Positions 26,710 through 36,710 of a DNA stretch of 64,000 bases are shown piece after piece; positions within the stretch are counted from its first letter, which is position 1, and each line of letters starts with the position of its first letter. The position numbers and the translations under genes are program-made. A model generated the notes under the pieces. That model did not search any database, was not told the origin of the DNA, and saw nothing but the letters and a program-made list of their open reading frames with translations. Origin of the DNA: an uncultured Oligoflexia bacterium (lineage in GTDB: Bacteria > Bdellovibrionota > UBA1018 > UBA6935); contig CAXGWU010000001.1 of the NCBI GenBank assembly GCA_964013565.1, positions 93,601 to 157,600 of the forward strand, written 5' to 3'.

Positions 26710-27030
26710 ATGAATTCAAAAAAGAAGATTTTCATTTTTCTCTTATTTTTTCTGGCTGCTTGTGAAGATCAAAAAACCGATGAAACCACTAAGAAACTAT
26801 GTGAAAAAAAGGTGGGACCGGAATTAAAAACGTCACTCATTGAGAGTTGTTTGCAGGGATTTGCTTTCAAAAAAGAGCTCGTTTCGGCAGAAAAAGCGAA
26901 AGAAGAGTGTAGAAAACGATATCGAGATGTTGCTTTTCAGCAAACGGTTGATGGAGAGAAGGATTTGACTTTGAGTGTATTAACGAGTGGAGAGCTTTAC
27001 CGAGCCTGTCTGAATGGGACAGATCTTTAA
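26710..27030 (+). CDS. small hypothetical lipoprotein
   Basis: MNSKKKIFIFLLFFLAAC lipobox. About 106 aa. No family recognised. Confidence 0.5.
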   Translation: MNSKKKIFIFLLFFLAACEDQKTDETTKKLCEKKVGPELKTSLIESCLQGFAFKKELVSAEKAKEECRKRYRDVAFQQTVDGEKDLTLSVLTSGELYRACLNGTDL

Positions 27031-27230
27031 GATGGCTTTTCTGTGTACTTCGGAAACATGACAATTCTGTAATCTTTTAAAAAAGATTTTTTCACAAAAG
27101 CGGGTAGAGTTTTTGTACAATGCAAGTTAATAAAATAGCAGGAATCATCAACCATTTATGAGGCTCGTTGTATTTCTTCTTTAATTTCAGAGAAGTTGCG
27201 ATGAGTTTCGGAAACTAGACGATTAACTTC

Positions 27231-27854
27231 GTGGAGATTGGTGCATCTATGTTGAGCATCCTTGGTAAGCTAACAAAATCCCAAATTCGTTTGGGTCTGT
27301 TTTTTGGTACATTGGTAGGACTTGCGATTGTGGTCGGAATTGTCTCGTTATTTCCGTCTGCGTCTGATCAGGGCTATTACCCTGAGCAACCTATTCCCTT
27401 TAGTCATAAGTTACATGCAGGAACAAATAAGATTGACTGTAAGTACTGTCACGTGGGTGTGACTCGTTCTCATCATGCAAGTATTCCTCCGATGAATGTT
27501 TGTATGAACTGTCATCGAGTTGTGAAGACGGATAGTCCTCATATTCAGAAACTTGCGCGGGCTTATCGAGATGGGAAACCAATTGAGTGGGTTCGAATCC
27601 ATCGTCTGCCCGATCATGTTTTTTTCAATCATAGACCTCATATCTCTGCTGGAGTTTCCTGTGAAACTTGTCATGGAGATATTAAGGAAATGGACCGAAT
27701 CTATCAATCAAAACCATTGACGATGGGGTGGTGTTTGAATTGTCACAGGGGTGAAACAACTCCTGAACAGGTCCTTGAAAATCTGGGTAAAAAGCGTGGA
27801 AAAGATGGTCGAGCGGATGTAGCTCCTGTGAACTGTTCCACTTGTCATTATTAA
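27231..27854 (+). CDS. actA: alternative complex III subunit ActA (pentaheme cytochrome c)
   Basis: N-terminal TM helix and five CxxCH motifs (CKYCH, CMNCH, CETCH, CLNCH, CSTCH). First gene of the act operon. Alternative ATG start at 27249. Confidence 0.88.
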   Translation: MEIGASMLSILGKLTKSQIRLGLFFGTLVGLAIVVGIVSLFPSASDQGYYPEQPIPFSHKLHAGTNKIDCKYCHVGVTRSHHASIPPMNVCMNCHRVVKTDSPHIQKLARAYRDGKPIEWVRIHRLPDHVFFNHRPHISAGVSCETCHGDIKEMDRIYQSKPLTMGWCLNCHRGETTPEQVLENLGKKRGKDGRADVAPVNCSTCHY

Positions 27855-27887
27855 AAACAACAAAGACGCGATTAGAGAGGCAAATTC

Positions 27888-30800
27888 ATGGCTCATCAGA
27901 AAAATTCAGATCAAAAAAAGTTTGAAAAACCACGTCACTGGGTAGCTCTAGAGGAACTTTCAGAGAGTTATTGGGGTGATGGAGGGTCACAGGAAAAGAG
28001 AGGGCAAGAGTTTCTTTTTAAACCTGTGGAAACGATAGCAAATATAGACAAAATTGATTCCAAAGGAATGGCCAGACGGGATTTTTTAACTGTGATGGGC
28101 GCTTCGATGGCCATGGCTTCTTTGTCTTGCGCAAGAAGACCGGTTTCAAAAATCATTCCCTACGTTAATAAACCAGAAGAAGTAACTCCTGGGGTACCTA
28201 ATTTTTATGCTTCAACTTTTGTTGATGGAACAGCTTCAACTGGAATTTTAGTGAAGACTAGAGAAGGTCGGCCCATTAAACTCGAAGGAAATCCTGATCA
28301 CCCTACAAGTTTAGGGGCGTTAAGCGCGAAGGCTCAAGGTTCGCTTCTTGGATTGTATGACCCAGATCGATTGAGAGCACCGCAGAAGGTTCAGTCTTTT
28401 CGAACCGCTCCGATGACGTGGTCTGAAATTGATCAGACCGTTGTTTCTCGATTAAAAAGTCTTGCTGTTGGAGATGGAGGGGTCCGTTTTTTAACTGCTC
28501 CACTGGTGTCGCCGAGTGCATCTCGACTGACTCAGGATTTTTTACAGGCGTTTAAAAATGCAAAACATGTGGAGTGGGATGTCGAGTGTTTCGATGATTT
28601 AAGGCTTTCACAAAAAGACAATTATGGAACCGACTCTATTCCAAACTATCACTTTGATCGAGCAGATGTGATTGTCTCTTTTGGTGCCAACTTTATTGAT
28701 GGATGGCTTTCTCCAACTGAGTATGCAAAAGCATGGTCAAAAAATAGAAAAGTAAAAAGTGAAGATTCGGCTCAGGCAAAAATGTCAGAGACTTATGTGT
28801 TTGAGTCAACCATGACTCCAACAGGAAGTAATGCAGATCATCGTTATGCGATTGCTCCGGGGGATGAGCTGAGTGTGGCTGCTGCAGTTGCATATGAAAT
28901 TGCTCGTAAAGCTGGAGTGAGCACTTCTGCTTTTTCAGAATATAGCCCTGAAGCGGTTGCTGCAGCGGTGGATGGTTTTTTAACGGCCAAGGATATTAAA
29001 AAAGTAGCGAAAACGTTGTGGGCTGCGAGAGGACGTTCTTTGGTTGTTGGTGGATCTTTGAATGCTTCAACTAAAAACGCTCATGCACTTCAGGCGACTA
29101 TTAATTTTCTGAATTCGACGTTGGAAAATGAAGGAAAGACAGTCGATGGAACAGGTGATGTTTTTACTGTCGGTGGAAGTTCTGAAGATTATTTAAAATT
29201 AAAGAAAGAGATGGCTTCAGGGAAAGTTGATCTTTTAGTTATTTCTGGACTGAATCCGGGGTACATGGATCCGACATGGGAAGCTGCTGTTGCAAAAGTT
29301 CCTATGGTTTTGGTAGTTACTGACCGCGTTGATGAAACAGCAAAGTTAGGTCATTATGTTCTTGCTTCTCACCATGCTCTTGAGGCTTGGGGAGATGTTC
29401 AAGTTCGAAAATCAATCATGAGTTTGGTACAACCAACCATTGCTCCTTTAGGTGACACTCGTTCCTATGAAGATCTTCTTTTAAATTGGGCTTCGAAAGC
29501 AGGTTTAAGAGTAGGAACATTAACTCAATCTTATCTTTCTCAAGAAAAAGAACCGACTACTCACACTTACTTAAAGTACTTTTGGAAAAAAGAAGTTTAC
29601 CCTGAGTGGGGACATTCTGAAGGATTCGAAATTTTTTGGGAGAACACTCTTCGGAAAGGTGTTGCGAATCGAACAACAAAACAAGGAGTTCGTAAGTTTA
29701 GTTGGGGTCGAACAAAAATTCCTTCATTGAAAAAAAATTCTGCAATGAAGCTTGCCCTTTATGAAATGGCACATTATGGGGATGGGGCTCATGCAAATAA
29801 TGCTTGGCTTCAAGAACTTCCGGATCCGGTGAGTTCTATTACTTGGGATAATTTTGCAAACATTGCTCCGTCTACGGCAAAAAAGATGGGAATTCGTCAA
29901 GATGATGTCATTGAAGTGACTTCAGGTTCGCTTCGAATGGAGCTTCCGGTGAATGTCCAACCGGGGATGCATCCTCGAACGATTTCAGTGGCGACTGGTT
30001 ATGGTCGATTTGCGGCTGGACGAGTTGGAAATGGAACAGGAGTGAATGTTTATCCATTTGCTTCTTGGGATGAGGAAGTTACTTTTTCTGGACGGGAGAT
30101 TGATATTCGTAAAACAGGACGTCGGTATCAATTGGCTGCGGTTCAAGGCCACCACCGTACAGAAGGAAGACCGATCATTAATGATATTACTTTAGAAGAA
30201 TTTCAAAATAATCCAAAAGCGGAAAATCATACAGACCCTCATTTGAGGTTAAAAACAGTCCCTACCATGTGGACTCAGCACAAATATCCTGGGTATCGAT
30301 GGGGAATGGCAATTGACTTAAATTCGTGTACGGGGTGTGGAGCATGTGTTGTTGCATGTCAGGCCGAAAATAATATTCCAGTTGTTGGGAGAGATCGGGT
30401 TCGGGTAGGACGAGAGATGCATTGGATTCGTGTGGATCGATACTACGCGGGATCTGAAGATCAACCTGATGTCGTTTATCAACCCTTGATGTGTCAGCAT
30501 TGTGAGAATGCTTCTTGCGAAACGGTGTGTCCGGTACTTGCCACTGTTCATGGCAGTGAAGGTTTGAATGAGCAAGCCTATAATCGATGTGTTGGAACTC
30601 GATACTGTTCGAATAACTGTCCTTATAAAGCACGTCGGTTTAACTTCTTTGATCATTGGAAGGATTATAAAGATTCAATGAATCTTGTGTGGAATCCCGA
30701 TGTGACGGTACGTTCTCGAGGAATTATGGAAAAGTGTACTTTCTGTGTACAAAGAATTAATTCTGCTAAAGATATTGCGAAAAAAGATGGGAGACGAAAG

Positions 30801-31016
30801 TTGCGAGACGGAGAATTAAAAACCGCTTGTCAACAGACTTGCCCGACAGACGCAATTACTTTTGGAAATACCAATGATGCAAACTCAATGGTTTCTCAAC
30901 AGAAAAAAGAGAAGCATGTTTTTCATTCTCTTGAAATTTTAAATAACTTACCGCAAGTGTCTTACCTTACTAAAGTAAGAAACAAAGAAGAAGGGGCTCA
31001 TCATGGAAAGCACTGA
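27888..31016 (+). CDS. actB: alternative complex III subunit ActB (fused molybdopterin-like and FeS domains)
   Basis: Tat motif [11 protein letters not shown]. MopB-like N-part. Ferredoxin cysteine clusters [38 protein letters not shown] and CTFCVQR. Confidence 0.92.
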   Translation: MAHQKNSDQKKFEKPRHWVALEELSESYWGDGGSQEKRGQEFLFKPVETIANIDKIDSKGMARRDFLTVMGASMAMASLSCARRPVSKIIPYVNKPEEVTPGVPNFYASTFVDGTASTGILVKTREGRPIKLEGNPDHPTSLGALSAKAQGSLLGLYDPDRLRAPQKVQSFRTAPMTWSEIDQTVVSRLKSLAVGDGGVRFLTAPLVSPSASRLTQDFLQAFKNAKHVEWDVECFDDLRLSQKDNYGTDSIPNYHFDRADVIVSFGANFIDGWLSPTEYAKAWSKNRKVKSEDSAQAKMSETYVFESTMTPTGSNADHRYAIAPGDELSVAAAVAYEIARKAGVSTSAFSEYSPEAVAAAVDGFLTAKDIKKVAKTLWAARGRSLVVGGSLNASTKNAHALQATINFLNSTLENEGKTVDGTGDVFTVGGSSEDYLKLKKEMASGKVDLLVISGLNPGYMDPTWEAAVAKVPMVLVVTDRVDETAKLGHYVLASHHALEAWGDVQVRKSIMSLVQPTIAPLGDTRSYEDLLLNWASKAGLRVGTLTQSYLSQEKEPTTHTYLKYFWKKEVYPEWGHSEGFEIFWENTLRKGVANRTTKQGVRKFSWGRTKIPSLKKNSAMKLALYEMAHYGDGAHANNAWLQELPDPVSSITWDNFANIAPSTAKKMGIRQDDVIEVTSGSLRMELPVNVQPGMHPRTISVATGYGRFAAGRVGNGTGVNVYPFASWDEEVTFSGREIDIRKTGRRYQLAAVQGHHRTEGRPIINDITLEEFQNNPKAENHTDPHLRLKTVPTMWTQHKYPGYRWGMAIDLNSCTGCGACVVACQAENNIPVVGRDRVRVGREMHWIRVDRYYAGSEDQPDVVYQPLMCQHCENASCETVCPVLATVHGSEGLNEQAYNRCVGTRYCSNNCPYKARRFNFFDHWKDYKDSMNLVWNPDVTVRSRGIMEKCTFCVQRINSAKDIAKKDGRRKLRDGELKTACQQTCPTDAITFGNTNDANSMVSQQKKEKHVFHSLEILNNLPQVSYLTKVRNKEEGAHHGKH

Positions 31017-32376
31017 GAGATTTCATCAGGACGTTCTTGTCACCGGTGGAAAACAGTACTCGGATTTAAATGACGATGTTGCAAAACCGTTGGAGAGTTT
31101 TCCTACGAAAAAATGGTGGGTCTGTTTTATTACAGCGGTACTTGTTTTTGCTTTTGGGGCGATGCTTGCAGCAAATATGTTTATGCAAGGACTAGGTGTT
31201 CTTGGATTAAACCAGCCTACCGGCTGGGGAACATTTATCGTAAACTTTGTTTTTTGGGTCGGTATTGGACATGCAGGAACATTGATTTCAGCAATTCTTT
31301 TTCTTTTTAGACAAAAGTGGAGAACGGCAATTAATCGTTCGGCTGAGGCAATGACAATCTTTGCGGTGATGACTGCATTGTTATTCCCTTTGATTCATAC
31401 GGGGCGACCGTGGTACGCGGCGTTTTGGTTATTGCCCTATCCCAATCAAAGAGAGTTGTGGGTGAATTTTAGGTCACCACTTTTATGGGACGTTTTTGCG
31501 GTATCCACCTATTTTACTATTTCAGCTATTTTTTGGTATGTGGGTTTGATTCCAGACTTGGCTTCCATTCGAGATCGAGCAAAGCATCCAATTCGAAAAT
31601 TAATTTATACTCTTTTGTCGATGGGATGGACGGGCTCCAATAAAAATTGGAGGCATTATGAAGTGGCTTATTTGTTATTTGCTGGACTTTCTACACCGTT
31701 GGTTCTTTCTGTGCATTCAGTCGTTTCGTTTGACTTTGCGGTTTCAAATCTTCCTGGTTGGCATACGACGATTTTTCCTCCCTACTTCGTAGCCGGAGCT
31801 ATTTTTTCTGGCTTTGCGATGGTGGTGACTTTGTTGACAATTGTTCGAGAAGTCTTTGAATTGAAAAACTATATTACTATTGACCATCTGGAGAAGATGA
31901 ACAAAATCATCATGGCGACAGGGATGTTGGTCGGTTACGCATATGCCTGTGAATTTTTCATTGCCTGGTACAGTGGTGCGGAATTTGAAAGATTTGCGTT
32001 TATTAATAGAGCTTTTGGCCCTTACTGGTGGGCTTATTGGACGATGGCGATTTGTAACGTGATTATTCCTCAGATTTTTTGGTGGAGACCTGCACGAAGA
32101 AATATTGCAATTATGTTTGTGATCTCCTTGTTTGTGAATATTGGGATGTGGTTTGAACGGTACGTCATTACCGTCACTTCACTTCATCGTGATTTTATTC
32201 CTGGAAATTGGAATATGTATATTCCAACTTGGTATGACTGGGGAATCACCCTTGGAAGTTTTGGTTGGTTCTTTATTTTCTTCTTACTTTTTTGTCGATT
32301 ATTACCAGCGTTGGCAATGTCTGAAATTAAAGGCGTGATGCCAAGTCCAAAGGGAGGAGCCGCTCATGTCGAGTAA
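31003..32376 (+). CDS. actC: alternative complex III subunit ActC (NrfD/PsrC-like quinol-interacting membrane subunit)
   Basis: About 10 TM helices with NrfD-like sequence ([22 protein letters not shown]). Operon position. Confidence 0.9.
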   Translation: MESTERFHQDVLVTGGKQYSDLNDDVAKPLESFPTKKWWVCFITAVLVFAFGAMLAANMFMQGLGVLGLNQPTGWGTFIVNFVFWVGIGHAGTLISAILFLFRQKWRTAINRSAEAMTIFAVMTALLFPLIHTGRPWYAAFWLLPYPNQRELWVNFRSPLLWDVFAVSTYFTISAIFWYVGLIPDLASIRDRAKHPIRKLIYTLLSMGWTGSNKNWRHYEVAYLLFAGLSTPLVLSVHSVVSFDFAVSNLPGWHTTIFPPYFVAGAIFSGFAMVVTLLTIVREVFELKNYITIDHLEKMNKIIMATGMLVGYAYACEFFIAWYSGAEFERFAFINRAFGPYWWAYWTMAICNVIIPQIFWWRPARRNIAIMFVISLFVNIGMWFERYVITVTSLHRDFIPGNWNMYIPTWYDWGITLGSFGWFFIFFLLFCRLLPALAMSEIKGVMPSPKGGAAHVE

Positions 32377-32929
32377 TGCTCAAATATTAGAGGGAGTTGT
32401 TGGATTTTTTGATGATCCTGAAACAACTCTAGAGGCGATGAAAAAAGTGACGGAGGCAAATTATGAATCTTATGATTCTTATACTCCGTATCCAATTCAT
32501 GGAATGGACGATGCGATGGGACTGAAAAGGTCTCCTCTTCCTTGGATTACTTTAGCGGCGGGTATTGCTGGAGTGTCCTTGGCTTTTGCGCTTCAGTATT
32601 GGACTTCTGTCGTTGATTGGCCTGTGAATGTAGGAGGAAAGCCTTTTAATTCTTGGCCGGCATTTGTTCCAGTGATGTTTGAGTTAACGATTTTGTTTTC
32701 TGGGATTTTTACGTTACTTGGACTTTTAGGGCTGTGTCGACTTCCAAATACTGGAAGGAAAGTCATTGATCCTTCGATTACTCGAGATCGATTTGCAATT
32801 ATGATCGATTTACCTAAAAAAGTAAGAAATTCTTCTTGTAAGCCATTTGAGGAGAGTGAAGTCACTCAATTCTTACAGTCTTTGGGAGCCAAGGATGTCC
32901 GAAAAGTTTATGAAGAAGGGTGGTTCTAA
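32366..32929 (+). CDS. actD: alternative complex III subunit ActD (DUF3341)
   Basis: [29 protein letters not shown] followed by two TM helices. Operon position. Confidence 0.85.
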   Translation: MSSNAQILEGVVGFFDDPETTLEAMKKVTEANYESYDSYTPYPIHGMDDAMGLKRSPLPWITLAAGIAGVSLAFALQYWTSVVDWPVNVGGKPFNSWPAFVPVMFELTILFSGIFTLLGLLGLCRLPNTGRKVIDPSITRDRFAIMIDLPKKVRNSSCKPFEESEVTQFLQSLGAKDVRKVYEEGWF

Positions 32930-33499
32930 GTGAAGGTTTTTTTCAAGAAATCACTTTTAGTGGCAGTCATGTTAGGAGGGTTGACCTCTTGTCGGCACGA
33001 TAAACCGAATATGACCTACATGCCAGATATGCATTACAGTCCTGCAGTCAAAGCTCAAGAGCAGACTCGGTGGAATTCAAAAACCCGGGTTCCTGTAGAA
33101 GGAACAATACCGAGAGGATATCATCCTTATCGGTACTCTGGTCAGCCAGAAAAAGCAGGTCAAATGTTAAAGAACCCACTTCGAAGGACAAAGACGGTCC
33201 TCAATCATGGGCGGGATTTATTTAATACCTACTGTATTGTCTGTCATGGGAAGTTTGGAGAGGGAGATGGTTACATTATTCCTAAGTATCCACGTCCACC
33301 AAGTTTACAGTCAGATAAAATTAGAAACTACCCTGATGGGAGAATTTATCACATCATTACAGAGGGTCAGAATTTAATGCCAAGTTATGCTTCTCAAATT
33401 TTACAAGAAGATCGATGGGCAATTATTCATTATATCCGAGTGCTACAACGAGCAAAAAAGCCAACCGCTTCGGATTTAAAGAAATTGGAGAATTGGTAA
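32930..33499 (+). CDS. actE: alternative complex III subunit ActE (monoheme cytochrome c lipoprotein)
   Basis: GTG start, lipobox LTSC, single CIVCH motif and an MP axial ligand region. Confidence 0.85.
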   Translation: MKVFFKKSLLVAVMLGGLTSCRHDKPNMTYMPDMHYSPAVKAQEQTRWNSKTRVPVEGTIPRGYHPYRYSGQPEKAGQMLKNPLRRTKTVLNHGRDLFNTYCIVCHGKFGEGDGYIIPKYPRPPSLQSDKIRNYPDGRIYHIITEGQNLMPSYASQILQEDRWAIIHYIRVLQRAKKPTASDLKKLENW

Positions 33500-33500
33500 G

Positions 33501-34709
33501 ATGAGTGCACATTCACACGTTGAAAAAGAGTTAGTGAATCCTGGAAGTTTTCATGCATCGGGACGGCTCAAAGGAGTTTTATTTTTGTGTGCCTTAGTTG
33601 GCTTAGCGGCAACTGCGGGAGCTTTTTTTACAGATACACACAGAGCCTGGCCAAGTTTTTTAATAAATCACTTTTATTTTCTTTGTTTAGGTTTAGGTGG
33701 GCTCTTCTTTGCAGCGATCCAGTGGTTGACAGGAGCGATGTGGAGTGCACCAGTGCGTAGAGTCAGTGAGTCTTTTACAGCTTATCTGCCTGTAGCCGTC
33801 TTAACGACAGTTGTTATTTTTATTGGAATGCACGACCTGTTTCATTGGACGCATCCTGAGGTGGTAAAAGGAGATATTGTTTTAGAAGGGAAAGCTCCTT
33901 ATCTCAATGAAGCTTTTTTTATCGTAAGAAACTGTGTCTTTCTTTTGGCCTGGTTGTTTTTTTCTCATAAAATGATTGGGAATAGTTTAGCTCAAGATCA
34001 AGATCCCGGGAATTATCGATTTAATTTAAAAAATAGAGTGTTAGCGCCTATTTTTCTTGTGGTATTTGGTTTTGGTTTCACTTTTACTTCGTTTGATCAG
34101 CTCATGTCTCTTGACCCTCATTGGTTTAGTACAATGTTTGGAGTTTATGCTTTTGCGGGGCTTTTTTATTCAAATCTTGCGATCACTTGTCTTTTAACTA
34201 TTTATTTGAGAAGAAAAGGACATCTTAAAGAATTTGTAAATGAAAACCATTTACATGACCTAGGGAAATTTATGTTCGCTTTTACAGTATTTTGGGCTTA
34301 CATCGGATTTTCTCAGTTTATGTTGATATGGTACGCAAACCTTCCTGAAGAAACAGGATACTTTTTAAGAAGAATGGATGATGCGTGGATGGGGTTCTCC
34401 CTGGTTTTGTTCTTCGGAAAATTTATTCTTCCATTCTTTTGGTTGCTTCCACGAGCAGCGAAGCGATCAGAATCAAGATTGATGATCGCTGGAATTTTTA
34501 TGTTGATTGCTCAGTGGGTTGATTTGGCTTGGCTTGTTCAGCCTGAGTTTTTTAAAGATGGCCCTCATATTGGATGGATTGAGATTGGTATGTTTGTTGG
34601 ATTCGCAGGTGTTTTTGGGCTGACTGTTTTACGGTTCTTGTCTAAAAATAACGTGGTAGCGATTGGTGATCCACGGTTACAGGAATCCGTTTTTCATCAT
34701 CATCAATAA
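33501..34709 (+). CDS. actF: alternative complex III subunit ActF (membrane subunit)
   Basis: Polytopic membrane protein following actE. Last gene before a strong terminator. Confidence 0.85.
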   Translation: MSAHSHVEKELVNPGSFHASGRLKGVLFLCALVGLAATAGAFFTDTHRAWPSFLINHFYFLCLGLGGLFFAAIQWLTGAMWSAPVRRVSESFTAYLPVAVLTTVVIFIGMHDLFHWTHPEVVKGDIVLEGKAPYLNEAFFIVRNCVFLLAWLFFSHKMIGNSLAQDQDPGNYRFNLKNRVLAPIFLVVFGFGFTFTSFDQLMSLDPHWFSTMFGVYAFAGLFYSNLAITCLLTIYLRRKGHLKEFVNENHLHDLGKFMFAFTVFWAYIGFSQFMLIWYANLPEETGYFLRRMDDAWMGFSLVLFFGKFILPFFWLLPRAAKRSESRLMIAGIFMLIAQWVDLAWLVQPEFFKDGPHIGWIEIGMFVGFAGVFGLTVLRFLSKNNVVAIGDPRLQESVFHHHQ

Positions 34710-34735
34710 GATAAAAGGGTAAAAGAATTAAAAAA

Positions 34736-34768
34736 AGCGAAGAAGATTTTCATCTCTTCGCTTTTTTT
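34736..34768. terminator. bidirectional rho-independent terminator between actF and the convergent gene
   Basis: A-run, then stem gcgaaga(a)ga / tctcttcgc (9 bp, one bulge) with loop ttttca, then a T7 run at 34762-34768. Reads as a hairpin plus U-tract on both strands. Confidence 0.8.
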
Positions 34769-35621
34769 ATAGAGTCCTGTTTCTTTTTTCTACTAATTTA
34801 AAATGCAAACTGTAGTTTTGAAGTGAGAGACCGTAAGATCCTGAATTTGCAATATATCCTTCTTTGTAGCGAATGCCACCTAAGTTTTTATGGACTTCTG
34901 GATTGAGTTTGTGTCTTAAAACACTGTGCCATTCTCCATTTTGATCTACAATTGCACCGGTCTGACTTTCTTCATTATAATAAGTTCCTTCAATTTTAGG
35001 CCCTCGATAAAAGAGAATGCTTGCTCGAGCACCAATACCGACGCGAGAATGAATTTCAATCAAGGGTCTAGCGTTAAAAGTTTCTTTCATTTTTTTGTAT
35101 TGTTCTTGAATTTGTTGAGAGAAGTTTTCGACGGCGGGTTGATTGGCGAGTACCTCACTAAGATTTTTTTCTAGTGCTTCATCGTATCCACTTGAGTAAA
35201 AAAAATGTTCTAAGAGAAGTTGAATTCTTGTAGAAGAAGTCTCAAAGGAGTGTTTGATCACTTCAAAAAGAACTGGTTTTTGAATGTCTTTTGGCCATTT
35301 TAATAGTTTGGATACAAAATCAGAGGTTGTAGTTCTGTTCTGAAACTCATAGAGATCAACAGAACGAATAACAAATGGAATTAATTCTTCACTTGGTAAG
35401 CTGAGTGAAGCTTCTCCAATTTTTTCTAAATAGTTTGAAAAATAAGAAAGATCATTAATTGAAGCGTCATGAGCTCTTGCTAAGTTCAGTCTTATGTCAC
35501 CGAGAAGTTTTTGTTTGATTCCTTTTAGGCCTGAGAATTGATAACGGCAAGTAATGGGTTTCGGTGGCTGAGCGTATGAATATAAAGAGAAAAGAGAAAT
35601 AAATAGAAGAAGCAGTTTCAT
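34767..35621 (-). CDS. hypothetical secreted protein (single Cys in N-terminal CRYQF)
   Basis: Signal peptide MKLLLLFISLFSLYSYA. 284 aa. ATGA overlap with the upstream gene. Confidence 0.55.
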   Translation of the reverse strand: MKLLLLFISLFSLYSYAQPPKPITCRYQFSGLKGIKQKLLGDIRLNLARAHDASINDLSYFSNYLEKIGEASLSLPSEELIPFVIRSVDLYEFQNRTTTSDFVSKLLKWPKDIQKPVLFEVIKHSFETSSTRIQLLLEHFFYSSGYDEALEKNLSEVLANQPAVENFSQQIQEQYKKMKETFNARPLIEIHSRVGIGARASILFYRGPKIEGTYYNEESQTGAIVDQNGEWHSVLRHKLNPEVHKNLGGIRYKEGYIANSGSYGLSLQNYSLHFKLVEKRNRTL

Positions 35622-36532
35622 CGTTTTTTACCCTTTTTGTCGTAAAATTCAGACTCACAGTGACCTAAAAGTCCACGGTGGAGTCGTTGAAATCCATTGA
35701 GTGAAGCACGGGTTGTTTTTCTAGGGAAAAAGAGGCGAACTCCTGTTTGATCAAGAGATGAAAAAATGGAAAGAACTTTGTTTTCTGTAGATGGTGAGAG
35801 ACTTGCTTGAAAAAGAACGCGTTCTCGTTGATTGATATAAATTTCAATAAGGTTTTCAGCAATGAATTGCTTTTTTTTCATTTGTTCTGAAGCTTTTTGT
35901 TCTGTCCTTATTTTTTCTAAAATAGAGACTTGTCTTCGAAGGATTTCAGCAATTTTCAAATGAAAATCTTCGACAGGACGGAGTTTGAATTCTGAAGTCA
36001 ACTCATATCCATGTTGAAGGAGTATAAGGGTATCATTAAAATAGCGAATAAAGCGACGACCATCATCTTTCAGAGCTTCTCGCTCAAGATGATTTAAGTA
36101 GGAGGGATCGCTAATGGGGAGGCGATTTCGTAAAGTGAGTCGACGGAGATAGTTTTTTCTTTGGATGACCTCTTCTTGAAGCGTTTCTTTTACCATTGAA
36201 GAAAAAGAGGGGGAGTAATCATGAATCGCATTAAGCGCAGTGATTGCTTGATTTTGTTTTCTGTGTTCAAATGCATTCATTATTTCATTTCCCATTTGAT
36301 AGAGAAGAAGAACTAATTTGTCTTTTCTTGTTTCACGGCGAATTTTTGGATCTAAAAAAAGCTCTGTAAATTCTTTAGATTTTAAGGACAATGCAATCGG
36401 ATGATTTGTGAGGACAGCGTAGACTTTTTCTTGCCATTGAATTTCGTATTCGATTTCAGGATGGGTTGAGTGTGCATGTAAGGGGAGGAGAGAGACGATG
36501 ATACCGGTAAAAAAGAGTGTTATCGTTTTCAT
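35618..36532 (-). CDS. hypothetical secreted protein (single Cys in C-terminal HCESEF)
   Basis: Signal peptide MKTITLFFTGIIVSLLPLHA. 304 aa, mostly helical-looking. C-terminal LLGHCESEFYDKKGKKR. Confidence 0.55.
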   Translation of the reverse strand: MKTITLFFTGIIVSLLPLHAHSTHPEIEYEIQWQEKVYAVLTNHPIALSLKSKEFTELFLDPKIRRETRKDKLVLLLYQMGNEIMNAFEHRKQNQAITALNAIHDYSPSFSSMVKETLQEEVIQRKNYLRRLTLRNRLPISDPSYLNHLEREALKDDGRRFIRYFNDTLILLQHGYELTSEFKLRPVEDFHLKIAEILRRQVSILEKIRTEQKASEQMKKKQFIAENLIEIYINQRERVLFQASLSPSTENKVLSIFSSLDQTGVRLFFPRKTTRASLNGFQRLHRGLLGHCESEFYDKKGKKR

Positions 36533-36710
36533 ACCCTAGTGGATAACACGTCTACTTCATTGATTCGAAGCAAAAAATGCTTAGCGTTATATTTTTCAGG
36601 TATTTTTGAATTCTGCAAGTAACTTATTGATTTTTAAGATTATTTGCAAAATATAACTCAATGAGTTAAAGAAAGGGCTGGGAATTTTAGGTGTGAATTG
36701 AGGAGTTTTT

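Noticed and set aside
27071-27096. The AT-only inverted repeat aatctttt/aaaagatt followed by a T-run, considered as a terminator after the 26710-27030 lipoprotein gene.
   Set aside because: The stem is at most 6 A-T/G-C-poor pairs once a viable loop is allowed. That is too weak to call with confidence.
27590-27600. GGTTCGAATCC, the canonical tRNA T-arm/T-loop sequence.
   Set aside because: It lies in-frame within actA (codons for EWVRIH). The flanking bases give only 3 of 5 T-stem pairs, and no acceptor, D or anticodon arms can be drawn.
30262-30656. Two overlapping minus-strand ORFs (123 and 112 aa) inside actB.
   Set aside because: They lie entirely antisense to a well-supported conserved CDS (the FeS cluster region). 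They have no RBS or family features. These are typical shadow ORFs. The same reasoning applies to the other short antisense or alternate-frame ORFs in the track, such as 5396-5650, 5831-6106, 15652-15834, 27400-27896 and 53132-54389.
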